Source: Andalucia godoyi And28
Lineage: Eukaryota > Protista > Jakobida
Length of the DNA: 64,000 nt
Assembly (NCBI GenBank): GCA_009859145.1
Contig: VRVR01000011.1
Coordinates: 136,097-200,096 of the forward strand
Direction: 5' to 3'
The translations under genes were made by a program, and so were the position numbers. Shown piece after piece: positions 50,132-57,841 of the stretch (position 1 is its first letter; every line of letters begins with the position of its first letter). A model generated the notes under the pieces. It was given only the letters and a program-made list of their open reading frames with translations, searched no databases and had not been told where the DNA came from.

Positions 50132-53062
50132 ATGAGTGATCGACCACAGAACGATTCTTTATTCTCAGTAGCATTTCCATCGTCATCATCGTCGTCGGCG
50201 TCGGCGTCGTCGCTGCAAATGCATCTGCCTGGAGTCTCGAGGTCATCGGACGGCGGTCTTTCTGCGAACGCCGCCGCTCCTTTTGATGCTTTCGGACACC
50301 CTGTTCCGATGCCTGGCGTGTACTCGCCATTCGGATCACGCAATCCGTCGCCAACTGTTGCGTCTCCATCGTCTGTGTCTTCAAGCTCCAACTCTTATCG
50401 GAACAACATTAACAACCGCCACTCTGCGCCGGCTTCGTCTGTGGCTCCAATTTCAGACGAGATTGCAGTGTCGTTGGAATATCTTAATTTGCGAAACCCG
50501 CGCTATTCGCTCCAGCAGCAACATGAGGCATCGACGGCTTCTGCGCTTTCACAAATGTTTCAAGGCAGTGGTGCTGGTCAACAAACTTTCAGAAGCAGCA
50601 ACAGTCGCCGCTCGGGTGTGTTCAATTCGCTGGCCGAGCACGAATTGGACAGTGGAAAGTTTCATCCTCAGTCCCTGCAGTTCCATATTCCTCAGCAACA
50701 GTCGCTTCCACAACAACAACAACAACAACAACAGTATTCACACATTTCGAACAATGGTGGATCGTTCCACTTGCCACAAATGCATGCGCAGTCTCACGGT
50801 CCAGGAAATGGAAATGGATATAATGGCACGGGCTTGTCCTTGTCGTCCTCATCCTCTCCTACAATGACTGTGGCAACGTCCTCGGGTTCTTCCACGACCA
50901 ACCTATCATCGCTGATGACCACGGCCTCGGCTATTCTGGCGTCAGCCACGGCTGCTTCTTCATCCCAAGTGTTCGCAACTTCTATGGCGACAAGCGGTAA
51001 CGGAAGTAATAATAGTAACAGTGTCAATACCCACCACAATAGTAGCAGTAGTATCAGTAGTCACAATAGTGGTAACAGTAATAGCGGCGGCGGCGGCGGC
51101 GGAAATACTTCAAATGCTTCGGCGGTCTTCCCGTCGCGCACACTGTTTATCAGATTGCCGGATCCGCCAAGTCGGATTCCTAGTGACTCAGAGTATGCTT
51201 CATTGTTCGCATCTTTTGGTTCCTTGCGGGGGTTGTACACGGAATGGAGGCAGCACGGATTTTTGCTAGTGTCATATTTCGACATTCGATCGTCCGAGCG
51301 CGCCTTGTCTGCGGTAATGGAGCGACTGGATCTTGCTGCTGAAGTTAGGTTCTCGCTTCCTGTAACGTTGTTCGACGAGGAGAGGCAGCAGGGGACGCTC
51401 GTTGTGTTCAACTTGGACCCTCAGATTCCAGCTGATGATCTGATGCGATTATTTACGCAATTTGGACCGGTTCGCGAGGTGCGGAGCACTCCAAACAAGT
51501 CGCACCAGCGATTTGTAGAATATTTTGACACACGGAATGCGGATCGAGCCATGCAAGAGCTCAACAAGAGAGAGGTATGTGGAAGGAAATTGAAAATTGA
51601 GCCTTCGCACCCCGGTGGATCCAGAAAGGAACACATGGAACAGTTTAACAGGATGCTCCTGGGACTACGGCAAAGCCGTTCGGCGCCGTCGTCGCCTCGG
51701 AACAGTATTGTTTCATCTGACGTAGCCCCTGGTACATCTGGGCTGTGCAATAGTACTGGCAATGGAGGTGGTAATCTACAACAGCAACAGCAACAGCATC
51801 AACAGATTCAGGCTCTCGCAGCTCATTTTTCGAGTTTGCTTGCTGTGTCGTCGGCAGCTCAAACATCCAGCCAGTACTCTTCTCTTCCAGCTTCTCAATC
51901 TCAGTTCCAACAGTATCCCCAGTTCCACCATCATCATCATCATCAACAACAACAACAACAACAACAACAACAGCAGCAGCAGCAGCAGCAACTTCATACC
52001 CAACACGTTCATCCCAGTTTGGTTTATCCAAATCGACATTCGAACCCGAATACTCGAACAGCATTTCCATATGGAGTTTCGTGGGGTCTTTCAGTGGACG
52101 TCGCTCCTACTCTTCTTTCTCCATCTTCTTCCAACGGCTCGTTGCCGCTGGGAAACTTTGGAAGTGGAAGCTCTTTGTCTGCAGCTGGCGGATTGCTTTC
52201 GAACTCCGGTCCTAGCGACATTTCAAAGTTGCTTGCGACAGGTATAATGATCCCCAGTGCTTCGAGTACTCGGTCTGCTTCGCCCTCTGGCGATGATCAG
52301 CAAATGTATGCTCCAAATACGACGATCAATCCGGTTTTTGGTGCCAATCTGCCTTCTGCTGTTGGACAGCAGGTGCAGCAGCTTCAAAATTCTTCTAGCC
52401 ACATGTTGAATTCCTCAAATCCGTTGTATTTACAATCTCCTTCTCACTATCAACAGCACCATGTGTCGATGCAGGGTGGCCAGCAGCATCATCACCATCA
52501 CCACAGCCACCATCAACCACAGGTGCATCATCATTTCCAGCAGCAGCAACAGCACGGAAGTCTTGCGCTATCGTCTGGCGGAATGATGCACTCCAGCCAG
52601 CCACGAACTCCATCGCCGCAGTTCCAAATACAGATGGACCAAGTGTTGTGCGGGAACGACATTCGCACGACGGTTATGCTTCGTAACATCCCGAACAAGT
52701 ACACGCGAGACATGTTGTTGGAAGACTTGGATATGCAATTCCGATGCACGTTCGATTTTCTTTATCTTCCCATGGATTTCCAGAATGATTGTAACATGGG
52801 TTATGCGTTTCTCAACTTCATTGCACCGACAACCATTGTGCCATTCTTCCAAGCGTTCCACGGCCGTCGCTGGAATCGATTCAATTCTGAAAAGATTGCA
52901 GAAGTGACGTACGCGAAAATTCAGGGAAAGCAAGCGCTTATCGAGCACTTCAAAAAGTCCAATGTTATGCTCCAGAACACCACCTACCGCCCATTACTAT
53001 TCCATTCCACTGGTCCTCAACAAGGTTTTCCTGAGCAGTTCCCCGGGAATCTTCTGAAATAG
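50132..53062 (+). CDS. MEI2: Mei2-like RNA-binding protein (three RRMs, Q/H/S-rich linkers)
   Basis: RRM1 (PSRTLFIR), RRM2 (QGTLVVFNLD...RFVEYFDTRNADRA) and the diagnostic RRM3 (RTTVMLRNIPNKYT...FDFLYLPMDFQNDCNMGYAFLNF...SEKIAEVTYAKIQGK). Confidence 0.93.
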   Translation: MSDRPQNDSLFSVAFPSSSSSSASASSLQMHLPGVSRSSDGGLSANAAAPFDAFGHPVPMPGVYSPFGSRNPSPTVASPSSVSSSSNSYRNNINNRHSAPASSVAPISDEIAVSLEYLNLRNPRYSLQQQHEASTASALSQMFQGSGAGQQTFRSSNSRRSGVFNSLAEHELDSGKFHPQSLQFHIPQQQSLPQQQQQQQQYSHISNNGGSFHLPQMHAQSHGPGNGNGYNGTGLSLSSSSSPTMTVATSSGSSTTNLSSLMTTASAILASATAASSSQVFATSMATSGNGSNNSNSVNTHHNSSSSISSHNSGNSNSGGGGGGNTSNASAVFPSRTLFIRLPDPPSRIPSDSEYASLFASFGSLRGLYTEWRQHGFLLVSYFDIRSSERALSAVMERLDLAAEVRFSLPVTLFDEERQQGTLVVFNLDPQIPADDLMRLFTQFGPVREVRSTPNKSHQRFVEYFDTRNADRAMQELNKREVCGRKLKIEPSHPGGSRKEHMEQFNRMLLGLRQSRSAPSSPRNSIVSSDVAPGTSGLCNSTGNGGGNLQQQQQQHQQIQALAAHFSSLLAVSSAAQTSSQYSSLPASQSQFQQYPQFHHHHHHQQQQQQQQQQQQQQQQLHTQHVHPSLVYPNRHSNPNTRTAFPYGVSWGLSVDVAPTLLSPSSSNGSLPLGNFGSGSSLSAAGGLLSNSGPSDISKLLATGIMIPSASSTRSASPSGDDQQMYAPNTTINPVFGANLPSAVGQQVQQLQNSSSHMLNSSNPLYLQSPSHYQQHHVSMQGGQQHHHHHHSHHQPQVHHHFQQQQQHGSLALSSGGMMHSSQPRTPSPQFQIQMDQVLCGNDIRTTVMLRNIPNKYTRDMLLEDLDMQFRCTFDFLYLPMDFQNDCNMGYAFLNFIAPTTIVPFFQAFHGRRWNRFNSEKIAEVTYAKIQGKQALIEHFKKSNVMLQNTTYRPLLFHSTGPQQGFPEQFPGNLLK

Positions 53063-53699
53063 GTTTTTGTTTTTGTTTTTTGCTTTCGTTTTCATTTTTG
53101 CGAGTTTTGTTTGTTTATTGGAGACAGGTCAATTGCACGTCATTTATCATTATTGCCAACATGTAGTTCTATCCATTTCTATCACTTATTTCATCATGTG
53201 TTTTTTGTTTGTTGTTTTTGCTTTTTGTGGCTTTGTGCGTATGCTCCCGACACTTCTCCTTGTTTCGCCTACATTGTCCGTTAAACATGAGCTACTCATT
53301 GCTGACAACCCATACATGCACTCTTGCAATCCGAACAGAATGTGAATTCAATTCAGTAGGCGGCGGGCCCCGGTACGCCGAGGCGCTCCTCAAATGGATT
53401 TTTTTAATTAAATTTATTGTTTGTACGCACCACCATTCCAGTCTCGGTCCAGGCGGGCTGATGTGAATGGGAAAAAAGACGAACGGAAGAATAGCATTGT
53501 CTGAAATTTGTGGGTGAGTGGGGGTAAGAGTGGGTTGTGAAAGCGTAAGAAGTTTGGGGGACATATCTTGAAAAAGAGATGGAGTGTGGTTTGCTTACAT
53601 CAAGGCAAGAGAATGTCATTGCCTGAATGATGACCCATTCTTTCATTCTGCTGTTAAAAAAACACTAATTGTGTCTTTTACATGTTTAATATAATGCTG

Positions 53700-53990
53700 C
53701 TTTGCGAGCGACGGCTATCGAGCCTGTGACTGTTGCATTACGAAGCCGCTTTCTTGCCGCTCGCCAAAAACATGGATCATTACTGATCATCGGCTAAGCT
53801 GTCACGGCAGACAGATCCAAGTCACATGTTTTGTGTTTATTGGAGGGGCGAGCACCAACTCTTCAATGCAGATTGCTCTGCATCAAGGGGTCATCGCTTC
53901 TTCTTCTTGCTCTCGGCCTCCGACGAGAGGGGATCAACGGTTTTCTTGGTTCTCAGTGTTTGTTGGAGAGATCCCTCTTTGGAGCCATGA
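53700..53990 (-). mobile_element. Dispersed repeat family 2, copy 2 (shorter)
   Basis: Reverse complement aligns to 8610-8690 and 8904-9048 and lacks the ~210-nt middle of copy 1. Its decayed ORF LRTKKTVDPLSSEAESKKKKR corresponds to PRTKKPVGSPSSETESKDKKK in copy 1. Confidence 0.65.
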
Positions 53991-54224
53991 TATGCTTTGT
54001 CTTTGATGAAAGATGCTGTTTGAGGGCTCGATTATAATAATGAGAGACAAACAGAAGATGGTAGAGAGAAGGGAAAATGTGAAAGAATGAAAGAAATTTA
54101 TAGACTAGACTACGATAGGAAAATCGCGTCTCCATAGGGTTAGATGAACCAGCTCCTGGTATGAGGTTGCTTGTTCAATGTTTCATACAACAAAAAAAAA
54201 CCGTCAACCATCAATCTTTCGACG

Positions 54225-54330
54225 CCTACATTATGCACTGAACATGCATATCTTTTCGTAGATATGCATACTCAGTCTTGCATCCCGTTGCCGGGAAGGG
54301 GGTAGGCCCCAACACGCCTCACGGCATTCT
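54225..54330 (-). ncRNA. Candidate omegaRNA scaffold, subtype 2, of relic B
   Basis: GGGG-CCTA-CCCC, then TCCCG-GCAA-CGGGA (GNRA loop), then a 17-bp stem ACTGAGTATGCATATCT/AGATATGCATGTTCAGT with two G-U pairs. Expression is not shown. Confidence 0.6.
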
Positions 54331-54595
54331 TCAGATAGATGTTCCGCGCTCCGTTCCCAATCTCGATCAATCGGTGAGCCACTTTCTCAGCGTGGCACGT
54401 TGCTCCTGAGAAGGGTGCATTTTGATGCTGACGGCCCTAGCAGCAGGCGCTTTCGTGTCCTCAGTTGCAGCGATTGATGTACCTGGAGATACGAGAGGAA
54501 GAGGCGGCAGGCGTAGTGACACGTGGTCTCTTAGGAGGTCTGCGGGACCTAGGAGGCCCTGTATCGGGCGGCGTAGGCGTAGGCGAATGCGTCAT
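54225..54595 (-). mobile_element. Fanzor2/IS607-TnpB-like relic B (second subfamily; left boundary undetermined)
   Basis: Minus strand: Pro/basic leader from ATG 54595, then RAVSIKMHPSQEQRATLRKW (54438-54379, TnpB N-terminal HTH-like) joined almost directly to IDRDW/NGARNIYLKN (54371-54326, one-base frameshift). It then shares GGCGTGTTGGGGCCTACCCCCTTCCC and terminal AATGTAGG with relic C. Confidence 0.8.
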
Positions 54596-54881
54596 CCCAG
54601 CGCGCTCACGCCCATATTTGAATTAATAAAGTGGAACCAACGAATGATAGAATAGATGGCTACGGATGTTGCGTTAAAGAGTGTCAGGGCCTGTGTCACC
54701 GGCTGAATTTTGGCCGAGCGTGTGTAAGCACGAATTCCCCTGTGAAGCAAACGTGCTGGTGTCGGCCAGTATTGACCGTGTCTGTTTATGTACACTTTCC
54801 TTCTGTATGCATGACAATAACGTGTTTTTATTTGACGGTCCTTTCTCATACCCAAGTACATACAGACCTCCACAGCTGCAA

Positions 54882-57377
54882 ATGGGAGTTGAATCTGCGG
54901 CGTTGTTTGATGATGCAGTGCTGGACTCGGATTTGAAGCAGTCTCTGTCTCAATTCACAGAACAGACTCGGAAAGCTGTACTGCTCGAAAGAACCCTTGA
55001 AGAATGGGTTGCGCAGAACGAGACGCACGCATGGCCGTGCATTGCTGTTCGGATTGCGAGCGCGCTGAAAGGGAGATTCCTCGTCACGTTGAAATCGGCA
55101 TCTGCGAATCAGTCGAATTCACCATTGTTCAGCTCACGACGAAATGGTGCGTCGCGGTTTGGCGTTGGTGAGATGGTGAAGCTGACGCTGTCTCTAGGTT
55201 CAGTGTCGAGCTCTGTAGGAAGTGCGAACGATAACGAACAGGAGTGGAAAGGTGTTGTTTCGGCGTGTCATGAAAAGTTTATCCAGGTGCTGCTGGACGA
55301 CGTCTCGGACGCTCTCTTTGCGATCACGAATATTGATGCGTTTTCTTCTTCGTCGTCCGGTGGTGCAACCAACAGCATGTTGTCTATGGGTTCTTCCGGA
55401 GCAGGAACTTCCTCTTCCTTAACTTCCTCTTCGTCTGGAGACAATGGTGGTCATGGAGACTTTTCTTCTGCTGGAAAACAAGGCGAAGCGGTCTTGAAGC
55501 TTTCAAAGATTCCTAATGACACGACGTACAAGCGAATTTCGCGGACCGTTGACAAGCTCGGCGAACCGGGCATGTTTGGATCAGATCATCCTGTCGTGGA
55601 CTGCTTGTATGGCGATCGGGTTCCTTCCGAGTACTCGCCGCTGGACGGTTCGCAGTCAGAGCACATGACAACTGTCAGTGAATGGTTCAACACGAATCTG
55701 AACTACTCGCAGAAGCAGGCTGTTGAATACGCGTTACGCCAAAAGGACATTGGGGTTATCCTAGGACCTCCAGGAACAGGGAAAACAACAACACTTGTCG
55801 AAGTCATTCGCCAGTTGCTGTCGAGAGGCAAGCGCGTGTTGGTCTGTGCTGCATCGAATGTTGCTGTTGACAATATTGTGGAACGTCTTGCAGCATCAAG
55901 GTCTCTCATCCGAATGGTCCGACTTGGACATCCTGCTCGACTGCTGCCCAGCGTCGTTCCATACGCACTGGATGCTGTGTTGGACCGTTCCTCCGGCGGA
56001 GATGTTGTGGCGGATGTGCGAAAAGACATGGAGGAGAACATTTCAAAAATGAAGAAAGCAAAATCGTACTCAGACCGAAGGCAGTTGCGGCAAGAGTACA
56101 GACAACTTCAGAAGGAACTCAGAGTGAGAGAGAGAAAGGCGCTGGTGGATGTGGTAATGGCTGCCCAGGTCGTTTTGGCGACCAATACTGGATCTGACGA
56201 AAAGCTTGTTCGAATGCTGGAACAGGTCGTTGCCAAAGAGCGAAACACTTCCGGACTTCTGACGCACCCATTTGACTATTGCATTTTGGATGAAGCTGCA
56301 CAATCGTTTGAGATTTCCTCCTGGATTCCCATTCTAAAGGCACGGTCCGTGATTCTTGCTGGGGATCACCACCAGCTCCCACCCACCGTGTTGTGCGCGA
56401 ATCACACGCTTCCGAATGCCGAAAGCTTCAAGTTACTCATGCGTAAGAATTTTGAAGGACGGTTGTTGGCAAGTGCCGAGGTCGTGGAGTACGGTCGGAG
56501 ATTGTCCCAGACATTATTCGCAAAGCTGTACAAGAAATTCGGCGGCCACATGCTTGAAGTGCAGTACCGAATGCACGAGGATATCATGAGATTCTCAAGC
56601 CGAGAATTCTACGGCAACAAGCTTGTAGCAGATCCCTCTGTTGCCGGTCACCGTATCAGCGAGGACTTGCCTTCTATCGTGTTTGTTGACACGTCAGATG
56701 CGGGGTATCAGGAAGGGGCCGATCAGTACGACTCGAAGTACAATCTTGGGGAAGTGCAGATCGTCGCGAAGTACTGCGCCGAACTCATCGAACTGCACGG
56801 CATACCGGAACAAGACATTGGGATCATTTCTCCGTACAATGCCCAGATTGATTTGATTCGTGACGCGGTTCGGAATTACTATGCAGGCGGTATCAAAAAG
56901 CCAGCCTCCGCGATCGCTTCATCGTCCGCGAAACCATCGTCCGCGAAGGGGTCCGGTCCCCCCAGTTCCAAAACGGGTGGAAAGGCCAAAGCCAGCAAAG
57001 GTTCCAAAGGGCGGGGCTCCAGCAAATCCTCTGAAGCTGCTGGAGGGCTGGTCAAAAAATCAGTCGATGCTGACTTGGAAATCGACGATGAGGATCTCGG
57101 TTCTGGGTTTTTGGATGTGGAGATTTCTACTGTGGATGGGGTGCAGGGGCGCGAAAAGGATGTGATTCTGATGTCACTTGTTCGATGCAATAGTGTTGGA
57201 GATGTCGGGTTCTTGGCTGACAAGCGTCGCTTGAACGTTGCCATAACTCGCGCCCGCAGGCATCTTTTCGTCGTTGGTGATGCTAATACCTGCGTCCAAA
57301 ATGAATTCCTGAAACGATTGATACAGTACTGGGAGGAAGTCTCGGAATACAGAACTGCCGGAGAGTTTGATTTGTAA
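54882..57377 (+). CDS. IGHMBP2: IGHMBP2/SMUBP-2 (Hcs1) Upf1-like SF1 helicase
   Basis: LNYSQKQAV, GPPGTGKTTT, ASNVAVDN, DEAAQ, LAGDHHQLPP, QYRM, TVDGVQGREK and RRLNVAITRARR. Start chosen at 54882 because a probable UTR intron lies upstream; an in-frame ATG also exists at 54807. Confidence 0.93.
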   Translation: MGVESAALFDDAVLDSDLKQSLSQFTEQTRKAVLLERTLEEWVAQNETHAWPCIAVRIASALKGRFLVTLKSASANQSNSPLFSSRRNGASRFGVGEMVKLTLSLGSVSSSVGSANDNEQEWKGVVSACHEKFIQVLLDDVSDALFAITNIDAFSSSSSGGATNSMLSMGSSGAGTSSSLTSSSSGDNGGHGDFSSAGKQGEAVLKLSKIPNDTTYKRISRTVDKLGEPGMFGSDHPVVDCLYGDRVPSEYSPLDGSQSEHMTTVSEWFNTNLNYSQKQAVEYALRQKDIGVILGPPGTGKTTTLVEVIRQLLSRGKRVLVCAASNVAVDNIVERLAASRSLIRMVRLGHPARLLPSVVPYALDAVLDRSSGGDVVADVRKDMEENISKMKKAKSYSDRRQLRQEYRQLQKELRVRERKALVDVVMAAQVVLATNTGSDEKLVRMLEQVVAKERNTSGLLTHPFDYCILDEAAQSFEISSWIPILKARSVILAGDHHQLPPTVLCANHTLPNAESFKLLMRKNFEGRLLASAEVVEYGRRLSQTLFAKLYKKFGGHMLEVQYRMHEDIMRFSSREFYGNKLVADPSVAGHRISEDLPSIVFVDTSDAGYQEGADQYDSKYNLGEVQIVAKYCAELIELHGIPEQDIGIISPYNAQIDLIRDAVRNYYAGGIKKPASAIASSSAKPSSAKGSGPPSSKTGGKAKASKGSKGRGSSKSSEAAGGLVKKSVDADLEIDDEDLGSGFLDVEISTVDGVQGREKDVILMSLVRCNSVGDVGFLADKRRLNVAITRARRHLFVVGDANTCVQNEFLKRLIQYWEEVSEYRTAGEFDL

Positions 57378-57530
57378 ACGCCGCCGTCGCCACTTATTGC
57401 GATATGATGAAGCAATCTAAAGCGCACGTTTAAACAAAAACACTGCCACGCGCCATGCGAATGCGCATGCGTTTGCTATGTTAACAACTCCGTTCACACG
57501 ATGTCCCGATTTCGTTTCGCTCCATTTTGA

Positions 57531-57762
57531 TCATGAAATCCCTATAAACACGCCGCCGCGTTGCATTCTCGCACAGCGACGCTCATTTCATATCTTTATT
57601 TTTACTGTCCATGCAACGCGACATCTATCTTAAGAACGTCTCTCATGCCGAGGGGCGTGTTGGGGCCTACCCCCTTCCCAATCATGCTATGCATGTTGTT
57701 GGGTTGCAACATTGGTTATGGGTGATCAGTGATGCTTATCCGTGGTTATTGTACAATGTAGG
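57531..57762 (+). mobile_element. Fanzor2-derived minimal non-autonomous element C (232 bp: left end + omegaRNA right end)
   Basis: The left ~85 nt match rc(44182-44100) and the remainder matches rc(43640-43501). Only RDIYLKNV survives of the ORF. Confidence 0.85.
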
Positions 57763-57841
57763 CACCGTCGCCACCCACTCCGACACCTATTTCATTTTCA
57801 TCTTCCGTTTTTCTCCCTCCAACTGACGAAAACTCTTGCGC

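Noticed and set aside
53700-53830. H/ACA snoRNA reading on the plus strand (hairpin, AAAACA, hairpin, ACA+3 nt), also seen in rc of 8985-9080
   Set aside because: In this orientation the stems contain A-C mismatches that are G-U pairs on the other strand. The GCAA-capped hairpin and the ORF remnant are also on the other strand. It remains a minor alternative to test with snoRNA tools.
53697-53920. Short resemblances to the 5' ends of U4 (GCTTTGCG..TATCG.AGCC) and U2 (ATCGCTTC..CTCGGCCT) snRNAs
   Set aside because: No K-turn, Sm site or branch-pairing region follows, and the sequence is explained by repeat family 2.
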